This document shows positions 1 through 8,640 of a stretch of 24,000 nt of DNA, one piece after another. The notes beneath the pieces are model-generated. The model worked only from the letters and a program-made list of their open reading frames with translations, was not told the origin of the DNA and made no database searches. The stretch comes from Gammaproteobacteria bacterium (GTDB lineage: Bacteria > Pseudomonadota > Gammaproteobacteria > UBA5335 > SLRW01). The stretch covers positions 1 to 24,000 of the forward strand of contig SLLK01000022.1 of the NCBI GenBank assembly GCA_007134115.1, read 5' to 3'. Both the position numbers and the translations under genes were made by a program. Each line of letters begins with the position of its first letter. Position 1 is the first letter of the stretch.

Positions 1-102
1 CGTGTGGAGTCGATCCACAACGCTGCCGTGCACTACGGCCAGCACTTCTTCAAGGGGATCGGGGCCGCCCGACGACTGTTCGGATCAGCTGCTGTGCCCT
101 GA
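1..102 (+). CDS. 3' end of an unidentified protein-coding gene (partial; its start lies upstream of the window)
   Basis: Frame 1 is open from the window edge to TGA at 100-102 (RVESIHNAAVHYGQHFFKGIGAARRLFGSAAVP*). G/C occupies 25 of 33 third positions, like the confident genes here. The overlapping track ORF 2-199 is Ser/Thr/Cys-rich and not protein-like. No family recognised. Confidence 0.3.
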   Translation, partial: RVESIHNAAVHYGQHFFKGIGAARRLFGSAAVP

Positions 103-353
103 CCGACTCAGCGGGGAATCCTTACCACACGCCTTTTTCGGCCTCACCAGCGCCGGACGGTTTTCTGTGGCCCGGCACCCTCAAATCAAGGTGCCTTAAG
201 CCCCTTGATCCCGACTATCCGGCCCAAACACCCCGAAAACGAACGCTGTGCCGGAAGTGAAACTGTAAAACAGCTCAAAAAAGCCGGCGGGCATCACTCA
301 GGTGATGGATGTCCTGGTAGTCCTCTCTGGCTTGGCGTGAGAACGAACTTGCC

Positions 354-1751
354 CTACTTCACAATGCAATAGCACGGCACATATTCCGTCCCGGGCAGCT
401 TCATGCGGTGCTCTGCCGCAAAGCTGTGCAGCAGTTCGTCGAGTGCCTGCATGATGCGCTGTTCGCCATGGATCTCGAACGGGCCGTGCTTTTCCACCGC
501 GCGGATGCCGTGGTCCTTGACGTTGCCGGCGACAATGCCCGAGAAGGCGCGGCGCAGGTTGGCGGCGAGCTGGTGGGGCGGCTGGTCGGCGTGTAGTGCC
601 AGCTGTGTCATGGCCTCGTGTGTGGGCTCGAACGGCATTTGCAGTTCGTGGTCGATATGCAGCAGCCAGTTGAAGTACCAGGCGTCGCTGCGGGCACGGC
701 GAAAGCGGCGCACATCCTCCAGGCCCTGTTTCATGGCGCGGGCGACCGCGACCGTGTCGTTGACGATGATGCGGTAATGCTCGCGGGCCTGCTCGCCGAG
801 AATGCCGGTGATGAACTGGTCCACGCGGCGGAAGTAGTCCTGGCTGTCCGCGTTGCCGGTGAGTACCACGGGGAAGGGTATGTCGGCATTGTCCGGGTGC
901 ATCAGGATGCCCAGCAGGTAAAGCAGTTCCTCGATGGTGCCCACACCGCCGGGAAACACAATGATGCCGTGCCCGGCGCGCACAAAAGCCTCCAGCCGTT
1001 TTTCGATGTCGGGCATGATCACGAGTTCGTTGACCATGGGATTGGGCGGTTCGGCGGCGATGATGCCGGGCTCACTGATCCCCAGGTAGCGACCATTGGT
1101 AATGCGCTGCTTGGCGTGACCGACGCTGGCCCCTTTCATGGGGCCCTTCATCGCACCTGGGCCGCAGCCGGTGCAGACGTTGAGCCCCCGCAGCCCCATC
1201 TGGTGGCCGGTTTCCTTGGCGTAGTCGTATTCCTCTCGGGTGATGGAATGCCCGCCCCAGCACACCACCAGATCGGGCAGCGACTGCGCCCGCAGCACGC
1301 GCGCATTGCGCAGGATGTGGAACACCGCGTCAGTGATCCCGGCGGAAGTCTGCAGGGGGAATACCGGGGAGTCCTCGATTTCATTGCTGACGTAGACGAT
1401 ATCCCGCAGCACGGCAAACAGGTGTTCCTGGATGCCCCGGACGATGCGGCCATCGACGAAGGCGTTGGCCGGTGCGTTGCGCAGGTCCAGCTTGATGCCC
1501 CGGTCCTGCTGGATGATTTCGATATCAAAATCCCGGTGTGCTTCGAGAATGGCGCGGCTGTCGTCGGTATTGCTGCCGACATTGAGCACGGCCAGCGCGC
1601 AGCGCCGCAGGGTTTCATGCAGCCCGCCCTGACTGGTGTCGCGCAGGCGGTTGACCTCAATCTGCGAGAGAATTTCAAGACTGCCGCCGGGGACGATGCG
1701 CGCGTCCAGTGGGCGCTGCCCATCGGCCATGGCGGGGGTGGGTTTGCTCAT
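354..1751 (-). CDS. ppnN: Pyrimidine/purine nucleotide 5'-monophosphate nucleosidase PpnN (YgdH; LOG-family)
   Basis: The 465-aa ORF aligns by eye along its full length with E. coli PpnN. Shared blocks: VVCWGGHSI, CTGCGPGAMKGPMKGA.VGHA, IIAAEPPNP.VNEL.IMPDIEKRLEAFVR, the LOG motif PGGVGT.EELLYLLGILM, LRRAFSGIVAGNVK, and the C-terminal HRMKLPG..Y.PCY. Confidence 0.9.
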   Translation of the reverse strand: MSKPTPAMADGQRPLDARIVPGGSLEILSQIEVNRLRDTSQGGLHETLRRCALAVLNVGSNTDDSRAILEAHRDFDIEIIQQDRGIKLDLRNAPANAFVDGRIVRGIQEHLFAVLRDIVYVSNEIEDSPVFPLQTSAGITDAVFHILRNARVLRAQSLPDLVVCWGGHSITREEYDYAKETGHQMGLRGLNVCTGCGPGAMKGPMKGASVGHAKQRITNGRYLGISEPGIIAAEPPNPMVNELVIMPDIEKRLEAFVRAGHGIIVFPGGVGTIEELLYLLGILMHPDNADIPFPVVLTGNADSQDYFRRVDQFITGILGEQAREHYRIIVNDTVAVARAMKQGLEDVRRFRRARSDAWYFNWLLHIDHELQMPFEPTHEAMTQLALHADQPPHQLAANLRRAFSGIVAGNVKDHGIRAVEKHGPFEIHGEQRIMQALDELLHSFAAEHRMKLPGTEYVPCYCIVK

Positions 1752-1843
1752 GTTCTGGTTGCCCGTGTCGGTGGCCCGATGAGGTTCATGGTATCAGTGT
1801 TGGGGCGCGGCACAGATGGTTTGTCGGCGATTCATGTGCGCGC

Positions 1844-1852
1844 TGTTAGTAT
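1844..1852 (+). promoter_or_regulatory. Candidate extended -10 promoter element (TGtTAGTAT) for the crotonase gene
   Basis: TG-n-TAGTAT lies 35 nt upstream of the ATG at 1887, in the 135-bp divergent spacer between ppnN and the crotonase gene. GGAGA at 1874-1878 is a plausible RBS. I found no good -35 at proper spacing. This is motif matching only. Confidence 0.2.
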
Positions 1853-1886
1853 GCCTGCTTGATCTGTTGCGCCGGAGATAACCGCT

Positions 1887-2666
1887 ATGAGCGTTGAGTA
1901 TGCAGCGAATGGCCCTGTATGTACGGTCACCATTGATCGTCCGCACGCCCGTAACGCCGTGGACGGGCCGACTGCCGAGGCACTGGCCGATGCTTTCCGC
2001 CGTTTCGAGTCCGATGACTCGTTGTCCGTGGCGGTGCTGACCGGCAGCCAGGATAACTTTTGCGCCGGCGCGGACCTCAAGGCGATTGCGCAGGGCGACG
2101 GTAATCATGTGGCCGAAGATATGCACGTGGATGGCCCCATGGGGCCGTCCCGCATGGGGTTGTCCAAGCCGGTGATCGCCGCGGTGAGCGGGTATGCCGT
2201 GGCCGGCGGGCTGGAGCTGGCGCTATGGTGTGACTTGCGCGTGGCCGGCCGCAGCGCAGTGTTCGGCGTGTTCTGTCGCCGCTTCGGGGTGCCCCTGATT
2301 GATGGGGGTACGCAGCGTCTGCCGCGCCTGATCGGGCTGAGCCGGGCCATGGACATGATTCTGACCGGCCGGCCGGTGAATGCCGATGAGGCGCTGGCCA
2401 TGGGCCTGGCCAATCGGGTGGTGGATGATGCCGAAGTGCTGTCCGCGGCGCAGGCCCTGGCAGCCGATATGGCCGCTTTGCCCCAGCGCTGCCTGCGCAG
2501 TGACCGGGAAGCCGCGCGGCGTGGTCTGGATATGGATTTTGCCGATGCCATGGCGCTGGAGACGCAGCTGGGCATGCAGGTGATCGCCAGCGGCGAGACG
2601 GTGCAGGGGGCATCGCGTTTCGCCGCCGGCGCCGGGCGTCACGGCACGCAACGGCGCGAGGAATGA
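1887..2666 (+). CDS. Enoyl-CoA hydratase/isomerase (crotonase) family protein
   Basis: The 259-aa ORF carries crotonase-fold signatures: VAVLTG..DNFCAGADLK and AAVSGYAVAGGLELALWCDLRVA. An RBS-like GGAGA sits 8 nt upstream. Substrate specificity cannot be assigned from sequence. Confidence 0.8.
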   Translation: MSVEYAANGPVCTVTIDRPHARNAVDGPTAEALADAFRRFESDDSLSVAVLTGSQDNFCAGADLKAIAQGDGNHVAEDMHVDGPMGPSRMGLSKPVIAAVSGYAVAGGLELALWCDLRVAGRSAVFGVFCRRFGVPLIDGGTQRLPRLIGLSRAMDMILTGRPVNADEALAMGLANRVVDDAEVLSAAQALAADMAALPQRCLRSDREAARRGLDMDFADAMALETQLGMQVIASGETVQGASRFAAGAGRHGTQRREE

Positions 2667-2674
2667 TCGGCGGT

Positions 2675-2705
2675 GGCCGGAGCGGTTCTCCGCCGGCCCG
2701 TTTTT
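2675..2705 (+). terminator. Rho-independent terminator downstream of the crotonase gene
   Basis: GGCCGG(2675-2680) pairs with CCGGCC(2693-2698), and inner CGG(2683-2685) pairs with CCG(2690-2692). The loop is TTCT and there is a 2-nt bulge. TTTTT at 2701-2705 starts two nt after the stem. Confidence 0.55.
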
Positions 2706-2780
2706 GGATAGGATGACGGGTTGGCATATCGCGTGGCAGCCGCCACCGGCCCGCACCGTGGCTACAAGGATGCATACATC

Positions 2781-3581
2781 ATGTTGAGTTATCCCGATAT
2801 CGACCCGGTGGCGATCTCCATCGGCCCGTTCGACGTGCACTGGTACGGGATGATGTACCTGTTTGGTTTCGCCATTGCCTGGTGGCTGGGTATGCGTCGC
2901 GCTCGGGCGCCGCATACGGCGCTGAATGAACGTCAGGTGAGCGATCTGATTTTCTTCGGCGTGATTGGCCTGATCGTCGGCGCGCGCGTGGGTTATGTGC
3001 TGTTTTACGATTTCGCCGGGCTGATGGCCAACCCGCTGTCGCTGTTCGCTGTGTGGCAGGGCGGCATGTCGTTCCATGGCGGCATGCTGGGCGTTTTGCT
3101 GGCGCTGATCTGGGTGGCGCGCCGCGAGAATATCGCGTTCTGGGATGTGGGCGATTTCGCTGTGCCGCTGGCGCCGCTGGGTCTGGCGCTGGGGCGTATC
3201 GGCAATTTTATCAACGGTGAATTGTGGGGCCGTGTGACCGATGTGCCCTGGGGCATGGTATTTCCCGGGGGCGGGCCGGATCCGCGGCATCCCTCACAGC
3301 TCTACCAGGCAGCACTGGAAGGCGTGTTGCTGTTCGCGATTTTGTGGTGGTTTTCGAGCAAACCACGGCCGCGCATGGCAACCGCGGGGCTGTTCCTGGC
3401 CGGCTATGGCGTGCTGCGCTCCTTCGCCGAGTTCTTCCGTGAGCCGGATGCCCACATTGGTTACCTGGCGTTTGGCTGGCTGACCATGGGGCAGTTGTTG
3501 ACCGCGCCCATGATCATTGCCGGCGTGGTATTGCTGGTGCTGGCGTATCGCCGGCCCGCTGCAACTGACGCCGGGAACTGA
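2781..3581 (+). CDS. lgt: Phosphatidylglycerol-prolipoprotein diacylglyceryl transferase Lgt
   Basis: From the ATG at 2781 the protein starts [30 protein letters not shown]. It also carries HGGMLG and the Lgt signature [14 protein letters not shown]. The track ORF starts at 2721, but those extra 20 aa are not Lgt-like. Confidence 0.9.
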   Translation: MLSYPDIDPVAISIGPFDVHWYGMMYLFGFAIAWWLGMRRARAPHTALNERQVSDLIFFGVIGLIVGARVGYVLFYDFAGLMANPLSLFAVWQGGMSFHGGMLGVLLALIWVARRENIAFWDVGDFAVPLAPLGLALGRIGNFINGELWGRVTDVPWGMVFPGGGPDPRHPSQLYQAALEGVLLFAILWWFSSKPRPRMATAGLFLAGYGVLRSFAEFFREPDAHIGYLAFGWLTMGQLLTAPMIIAGVVLLVLAYRRPAATDAGN

Positions 3582-3582
3582 C

Positions 3583-4377
3583 ATGGAGCCGTATCTGGAA
3601 CTCATGCGCCGGGTGCGTCACCACGGCACCCGCAAGGATGATCGCACCGGTACCGGCACGCTGAGTGTGTTCGGCCACCAGCTGCGCTTTGATCTGGCCG
3701 CCGGCTTCCCTGCTGTGACTACCAAGAAGCTGCATCTCAAATCGATTATCCATGAGTTGCTGTGGTTTCTGCAGGGCGATACCAATATTGCCTATTTGCG
3801 TGAACACGGCGTGACCATCTGGGATGAATGGGCCGATGAGAGCGGCGATCTGGGGCCCATCTATGGCCACCAGTGGCGCTCATGGCCGGCACCCGATGGC
3901 TCGACCATTGATCAACTGGCGGAGGTTGTGGCCGCGATCAAGCATAATCCCGATTCCCGGCGTCTGCTGGTCAGCGCCTGGAACGTGGCCGATCTGCCGC
4001 ACATGGCGCTGGCACCATGCCATACCATGTTCCAGTTTTATGTGGCCGACGGGCGGTTGTCGTGCCAGCTCTATCAGCGCAGCGCCGATATCTTTCTCGG
4101 CGTGCCTTTCAATATCGCGTCCTATGCCCTGCTGACCATGATGGTGGCGCAGGTGTGTGAACTTGAAGTCGGCGATTTTGTGCATACTTTTGGTGATGCG
4201 CACATCTATCTCAACCATCTGGAGCAGGTGGACGAACAGCTGTCGCGCACGCCGTACCCGGCACCACGCATGCGCATCAATCCACGGGTGCGCGACCTGT
4301 TCGGCTTTTGTTACGAGGATTTTGAGCTGCAGGATTATCAATGCCACCCTGCGATCAAGGCGCCGGTGGCGGTCTGA
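3583..4377 (+). CDS. thyA: Thymidylate synthase ThyA (folate-dependent)
   Basis: From the ATG at 3583 the product is 264 aa, the same length as E. coli ThyA. Shared blocks: [29 protein letters not shown], the catalytic-Cys block [12 protein letters not shown], and [16 protein letters not shown]. The start lies 1 nt after the lgt stop. Confidence 0.95.
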   Translation: MEPYLELMRRVRHHGTRKDDRTGTGTLSVFGHQLRFDLAAGFPAVTTKKLHLKSIIHELLWFLQGDTNIAYLREHGVTIWDEWADESGDLGPIYGHQWRSWPAPDGSTIDQLAEVVAAIKHNPDSRRLLVSAWNVADLPHMALAPCHTMFQFYVADGRLSCQLYQRSADIFLGVPFNIASYALLTMMVAQVCELEVGDFVHTFGDAHIYLNHLEQVDEQLSRTPYPAPRMRINPRVRDLFGFCYEDFELQDYQCHPAIKAPVAV

Positions 4378-4413
4378 ACCGGTGCCTGGCGTGCCGGTCC
4401 CGAGGAGTTGTTG

Positions 4414-4926
4414 ATGTTGATTTCACTGGTCGTGGCCATGGACAGGGAGCGCGGTATCGGTCAGGACAATCGCCTGCCCTGGCGGCTGCCCGCGGATATT
4501 GCCTGGTTTCGCGAAGTCACTATGGGCAAACCGATGGTGATGGGCCGTCGTACCCACGAGTCGATTGGCCGCACACTGCCGGGCCGTCTGAATATCGTGC
4601 TCACCAGCGACCGGGACTATGCGGTGGCCGAGGGCGCCATCATGGTGCATGATGCGGATGCTGCCATCGCCGCCGCCGGTGACGCGCAAGAGCTGATGGT
4701 GCTCGGCGGGACCCGCGTGTATGAATCCTTCATGCCGCGCGCCGATCGCATCTACCTGACTGAAGTGCACGGCGAGTTCCAGGCCGATACCTTCTTTCCG
4801 CAGATGGATTATTCCCGCTGGGAGGAAATCCGTCGTATCGAGCACCCCGTGGATGAGAAAAACCCGGTTTCCATGAGCTTCGTGGTGCTCGAGCGCCGCG
4901 ATCCGCCGCGGGTCAGTGAGTTGTAA
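4414..4926 (+). CDS. folA: Dihydrofolate reductase FolA
   Basis: MLISLVVAMDRERGIGQDNRLPWRLPADIAWFREVTMGKPMVMGRRTHESIGRTLPGRLNIVLTS aligns with the E. coli FolA N-terminus. The ATG at 4414 lies 6 nt after GAGGAG (4402-4407). The track start at 4408 is a TTG. Confidence 0.9.
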   Translation: MLISLVVAMDRERGIGQDNRLPWRLPADIAWFREVTMGKPMVMGRRTHESIGRTLPGRLNIVLTSDRDYAVAEGAIMVHDADAAIAAAGDAQELMVLGGTRVYESFMPRADRIYLTEVHGEFQADTFFPQMDYSRWEEIRRIEHPVDEKNPVSMSFVVLERRDPPRVSEL

Positions 4927-4985
4927 CCCGCGCGAAGCGCACATTATTACCGCGCAAGACCGCAAAGGGCCGCCGAAGAACCTCT

Positions 4986-5008
4986 GCAAAGCGGGTGATG
5001 ATGCCCGC
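4986..5008 (-). terminator. Weak candidate terminator hairpin after apaH
   Basis: On the minus strand, just after the apaH TAA, GCGGG-CATCATCA-CCCGC is followed by TTTGC. The stem is only 5 bp and the T-tract is short. It lies in the 83-nt convergent folA/apaH gap. Confidence 0.25.
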
Positions 5009-5009
5009 G

Positions 5010-5846
5010 TTAGCCCGGTTTTTGTTTGGCTTCACAGGGCAGGGCGGTCAGTCGCGGTTTGCCCGGCTCGGCCAGTGATTCCATTTCCATGGCGGTCAGG
5101 CTGCCGCCCCACATGCAGCCGGTATCCAGCGGGTGGATGAGGGGGTTGCTGACCTCGCCCAGGGTGGACCAGTGGCCGAACACGATGTGGACGCCGCCAT
5201 TGTGGCGTTCGGGGGCCTCGAACCAGGGCACCAGCGGTGCCGGCTGATCGCCGGGGGTGCCCTTGGCGTCCATGTCCAGCGCGCCGTCGGGGGTGCAGTA
5301 GCGCATGCGGGTAAAGGCGTTGGTGATGAAGCGCAGGCGGTCCATGCCGGTCAGTGCCGGGTCCCAGCGCGCCGGCTGGTTGCCGTACATCTGCGCCAGA
5401 AAGTCGCGATAGTCGGCGCCCTGCAGGGCCTGTTCAAGCTCGCGGGCGCAGGCGGCGGCGGTGGGCACATCCCATTGGGGCGGCAGGCCGGCGTGGACCA
5501 TCACGGCGTTCCATTCGGGGGATTCCACCATCAGGGGGCGGTAGCGCAGCCACTCCAGCAGCGACCAGCGATCGGGAGCGTCCATGATGGGCGCCAGGGT
5601 GTCGTTGAGTTTGCCGGCGGTGTAGGCGGCGGCGAGCAGGTGCAGATCGTGATTGCCCAGCACGGTGACGGCGTTGTCGCCAAGATCCCGCACGAAACGC
5701 AGCGTCTGCAGCGAACCGGGCCCGCGGTTGACCAGGTCGCCGACGAACCATAGCTGGTCGCGGTCGGCGCTGAAGTCCAGTGCGTTGAGCAGGGCGCGCA
5801 GTTCTTCATAGCAACCCTGAATGTCACCAATGGCATAACAGGCCAT
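5010..5846 (-). CDS. apaH: Bis(5'-nucleosyl)-tetraphosphatase, symmetrical (Ap4A hydrolase) ApaH
   Basis: 278 aa. The protein starts MACYAIGDIQGCY and carries the metallophosphatase motifs GDLVNRGP and GNHDLHLL. An RBS AGGAAG lies upstream. Its position downstream of apaG and convergent with folA matches E. coli. Confidence 0.92.
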   Translation of the reverse strand: MACYAIGDIQGCYEELRALLNALDFSADRDQLWFVGDLVNRGPGSLQTLRFVRDLGDNAVTVLGNHDLHLLAAAYTAGKLNDTLAPIMDAPDRWSLLEWLRYRPLMVESPEWNAVMVHAGLPPQWDVPTAAACARELEQALQGADYRDFLAQMYGNQPARWDPALTGMDRLRFITNAFTRMRYCTPDGALDMDAKGTPGDQPAPLVPWFEAPERHNGGVHIVFGHWSTLGEVSNPLIHPLDTGCMWGGSLTAMEMESLAEPGKPRLTALPCEAKQKPG

Positions 5847-5902
5847 ATCTTGCTTCCTGATTGGTCGGGATCGTCGGGGGTGGTGGCGCGCCGGGCCTGA
5901 TC

Positions 5903-6289
5903 CTATTGCAATACGTTGGGCATGGCCAGGGTGAACGCCGGGATGGTGGAGTCGAAGTGTTCCCCATCGTCGGCCAGCAGGCTGTAGCTGCCTTCCATGG
6001 CACCCACGGGGGTTTCCAGCATGGCCCCGCTGCTGTATTTGAAGCTTTCGCCGGGCTGCAGCCGGGGCTGCTTGCCGACCACGCCTTCGCCGCGCACCAC
6101 GCGGGTGTCGCCGTTGCCGTCGGAGATAATCCAGTGACGGCTGAGCAACATGAGGCCGATCTGACCGGTATTGCTCAGGGTGATGTGATAGGCGAAAACG
6201 TAACGATCCCGCGCCGGATCGGATTGCTCATCCAGGTACTCGGTGCGTACGTCTACCGTCAGTTCGTAAGGCGCGTTTGTCTGGTTCAT
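5903..6289 (-). CDS. apaG: ApaG (DUF525) protein
   Basis: From the ATG at 6289 the product is 128 aa, with the block VFAYHITLSNTG...LLSRHWIISDGNG..RVVRGEGVVGKQP.L.PGESF.Y.S. The 300-aa track ORF (to 6805) extends upstream through the usp gene in another frame and is Arg/Gly/Pro-rich. Confidence 0.88.
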   Translation of the reverse strand: MNQTNAPYELTVDVRTEYLDEQSDPARDRYVFAYHITLSNTGQIGLMLLSRHWIISDGNGDTRVVRGEGVVGKQPRLQPGESFKYSSGAMLETPVGAMEGSYSLLADDGEHFDSTIPAFTLAMPNVLQ

Positions 6290-6327
6290 GCGAGTCGTTC
6301 CGGTTGAAGTCTGTGTGCTGATCGGGC

Positions 6328-6759
6328 CTACCCCAGGTGCACTGCGAGTACGTCGCATGGTGCGGCACGCAGCACGGCGGTGCCGGTGGAGCCGAGCATC
6401 AGGCCGAGCCCGTGGCGCTGGTGACGGCCGACGACGATCAGATCGACCTGTTGCTCCGTGGCCAGTTGCGCGATTTCGCGACGCACCGTGCCCACGCGCA
6501 CATGGATGTGCCTGTTGGTGATATCCAGTGCCCTGGCGATACCGCGCAACTGCTTGCGGGCCTCGTCGACCAGTTCCTGCTCCACGCTGACCGGGGTCGG
6601 CACCAGCGTCTCGCTGGCCGGATCCACCGGGAAGTACTCGACCACGTGCGCCAGGCTGAGGTCGGCCTTGAAGCGGCGCGCCAGCTCCCGCCCGCGGGCG
6701 ATCAGGGCCGTGTTGTCGTCCTCGGGGTCCACCGCAAGCAGGATATGGTGGTAATCCAT
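6328..6759 (-). CDS. Universal stress protein (UspA-family, single domain)
   Basis: 143 aa. The protein starts MDYHHILLAVD and continues to DLIVVGRHQRHGLGLMLGSTGTAVLRAAPCDVLAV, typical Usp architecture. The canonical ATP motif G-x2-G-x9-G-[ST] is not intact: GRHQ replaces GxxG, as in E. coli UspA. An RBS GGAG lies 6 nt upstream. Confidence 0.8.
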   Translation of the reverse strand: MDYHHILLAVDPEDDNTALIARGRELARRFKADLSLAHVVEYFPVDPASETLVPTPVSVEQELVDEARKQLRGIARALDITNRHIHVRVGTVRREIAQLATEQQVDLIVVGRHQRHGLGLMLGSTGTAVLRAAPCDVLAVHLG

Positions 6760-6801
6760 GGCCGGCTCCGCTCGGGGGTTGTATGCAATGCGGCGAGTAT
6801 A

Positions 6802-7593
6802 TCATTGGCCAGGCTGGCTGAGTGCGCGCGAGATGGTGCCATAGTCGGCCGGGGCCAGGGTTTCGGGGCGTGCCGACGGGTCGATGTCCAGTGTTTCCAG
6901 CAGGCCGGGGCTGAGCATGTCCTTGAGCGCGTTACGCAGGGTTTTGCGGCGATAGGAGAAGGCGCGCGTGACCACTTCGCCGAACAGGCGTGGCGAGCCC
7001 ACCTCGAATGGCGGGGTGGTGTGGGGTATGAGGCGTACCACGGCGGAGCTGACTTTGGGGGACGGCCGGAAAGCCCCCGGTCCGACGCCGAACAGTGGGC
7101 TGACGCTGCAGCGCCATGCCAGCATCACCGACAGGCGCCCGTAGGTGCGGTTGCCCGGACCGGCCGCCATGCGTTCCACGACTTCCTTTTGCAGCATGAA
7201 ATGCATGTCGTGGATGGCTTCGGACTGGCTGAGCACGTGGAACAGCAGCGGCGTGGATATGTTGTAGGGCAGGTTGCCGATCAACCGCAGGGGACCGCCG
7301 CGTTCTTCGGCCAGCGCGGCGAAATCAAAGCGCAGGGCATCGGCACTGTGCACCTGCAGCTTGCCGGCATACTGGCTCATGGCCTCCAGGTTGGCGACCA
7401 GGTCACGGTCAATCTCGATGACGTCCAGCCGTTCCAGGGTCGCCAGCAGCGGCTCGGTCAGCGTGCCCGGACCCGGGCCAATTTCCACCACCCGGTCATC
7501 AGCGGCGGGGTTGACGGCCGCCACAATGCGCGCGATGACCGCCGGATCATGCAGGAAGTTCTGGCCGAAGCGTTTACGTGGTTGATGCTGCAC
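6802..7593 (-). CDS. rsmA: 16S rRNA (adenine1518/1519-N6)-dimethyltransferase RsmA/KsgA
   Basis: Shared blocks with E. coli KsgA: RKRFGQNFLHD, VEIGPGPGTLTEPL, GNLPYNISTPLLFH, HFMLQKEVVERM and PKV.SAVVRL.PH. The start is a GTG at 7593 with GGAGG 5 nt upstream. Confidence 0.92.
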   Translation of the reverse strand: MQHQPRKRFGQNFLHDPAVIARIVAAVNPAADDRVVEIGPGPGTLTEPLLATLERLDVIEIDRDLVANLEAMSQYAGKLQVHSADALRFDFAALAEERGGPLRLIGNLPYNISTPLLFHVLSQSEAIHDMHFMLQKEVVERMAAGPGNRTYGRLSVMLAWRCSVSPLFGVGPGAFRPSPKVSSAVVRLIPHTTPPFEVGSPRLFGEVVTRAFSYRRKTLRNALKDMLSPGLLETLDIDPSARPETLAPADYGTISRALSQPGQ

Positions 7594-7635
7594 GTATGCC
7601 TCCGGGCGTCACCGGCGCGGGCCGAAACCATGATC

Positions 7636-8634
7636 TCATTGCGCTGCTGCCTGTTGCGCGAACTCGATCGCCTGGCGTACAGCCGCTTCCAGGCTGCCTA
7701 CATCCGCGTGCCCGGTGCCGGCCAGATCAAAGGCGGTGCCATGGTCGACGGACGTGCGAATGATCGGCAGGCCGAGGGTGATATTGACGGCGCGGCCGAA
7801 GCCCAGGTGCTTGAGCACCGGCAGGCCCTGGTCGTGATACATGGCCAGCACGGCATCGGCCTGCTGCAGATATTTGGGTGTGAACAGCGTATCCGCGGGC
7901 AACGGCCCGAGCAGGTCCATGCCCTGCTGTCGCAGTTCGTCGAGCACCGGTTCGATGACGGTTTTTTCCTCGGTGCCGATGTGCCCGCCTTCACCGGCAT
8001 GCGGGTTGAGGCCGCTGACCAGAATGCGTGGTCGGGCCAGGCCGAAACGCCGTTGCAGATCATCATTCAGCACGTGCAGCACATGGCGCAGGCGCGGACG
8101 CGTCAGCGCGTCGGCCACATCGCGCAGCGGGATGTGGATGGTGGCCAGGGCGACGCGCAGGCCGGGCGCAGTGAGCATCATCACCGGTTCGCCGGCGCCG
8201 GTCAGCTCGGCGATCATTTCGGTGTGCCCGGAGAAGCGGATCCCGGCCTCGTTGATCACGCCCTTGTGTACCGGGCCGGTGACCATCCCGGCAAAATCAC
8301 CCTGCAGGCAGCCGCGTGCGGCGCGGGTGATGGTTTCCAGGACATAGCGGGCGTTGGCCGGGTCGGGTTGCCCGGCCTGCACAGGCCGGTTCAGGGCCAC
8401 CGGCATGACCCGTAACTGCCCCGGCTGTTGCGGCTGTGGCGCCTGCGACGGGTCGTCGTCGTGCAGCGAGAGCGGCAGCGACAGGGCCTGCGCGCGCTGT
8501 TGCAACAGTTCGGGATCGGCGATCACCACCAGCGACGCCGCGTGGGCCTGCTGCGCCAGCATCACGCACAGGTCGGGGCCGATGCCCGCCGGCTCGCCGG
8601 GGGTGAGGGCAATACGGTGGGTGGTTTCGGTCAC
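7636..8634 (-). CDS. pdxA: 4-hydroxythreonine-4-phosphate dehydrogenase PdxA
   Basis: Blocks collinear with E. coli PdxA: [60 protein letters not shown] and [14 protein letters not shown]. The start is a GTG at 8634, 6 nt after the surA stop. Confidence 0.92.
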   Translation of the reverse strand: MTETTHRIALTPGEPAGIGPDLCVMLAQQAHAASLVVIADPELLQQRAQALSLPLSLHDDDPSQAPQPQQPGQLRVMPVALNRPVQAGQPDPANARYVLETITRAARGCLQGDFAGMVTGPVHKGVINEAGIRFSGHTEMIAELTGAGEPVMMLTAPGLRVALATIHIPLRDVADALTRPRLRHVLHVLNDDLQRRFGLARPRILVSGLNPHAGEGGHIGTEEKTVIEPVLDELRQQGMDLLGPLPADTLFTPKYLQQADAVLAMYHDQGLPVLKHLGFGRAVNITLGLPIIRTSVDHGTAFDLAGTGHADVGSLEAAVRQAIEFAQQAAAQ

Positions 8635-8640
8635 CGGGCG

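Noticed and set aside
2-199. 65-aa ORF at the window start
   Set aside because: The translation is Ser/Thr/Cys/Pro-rich with mixed third-position composition. Frame 1 (1-102) has the coding-like third-position G/C bias instead.
618-1862. 414-aa ORF on the + strand, plus the nested ORFs 403-777 and 1148-1723
   Set aside because: These are antisense or out of frame relative to ppnN, which aligns end-to-end with E. coli PpnN. No motifs were found, and the composition is typical of GC-rich shadow frames.
2704-2732. TTGGAT-17 nt-TATCGC as a promoter for lgt-thyA-folA
   Set aside because: The -10 lacks the conserved final T and matches only 3 of 6 positions. It is plausible by position only, so I did not report it as a feature.
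2223-3290. 355-aa ORF on the - strand, and the 232-aa ORF at 2077-2775
   Set aside because: These are antisense to the crotonase gene and lgt. The translations are Arg/Pro/His/Gln-rich with no domain signature.
6796-6801. TATACT hexamer right after the rsmA stop, as a possible internal promoter -10 for usp-apaG-apaH
   Set aside because: The sequence 17 bp upstream (CACTCA) is not -35-like, and a single hexamer match is expected by chance. There is not enough support to call a promoter.
5903-6805. 300-aa version of ApaG
   Set aside because: Only the C-terminal 128 aa (from the ATG at 6289) are ApaG-like. The upstream 172 aa are Arg/Gly/Pro/Ala-rich and overlap the well-supported usp gene in another frame.
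6337-8415. 692-aa ORF on the + strand spanning three annotated genes
   Set aside because: It is antisense to usp, rsmA and pdxA, all of which have unambiguous family motifs on the minus strand. The translation is Ala/Gly/Arg/His/Val-rich with no recognisable domain. Long stop-free antisense frames are expected in GC-rich coding DNA.
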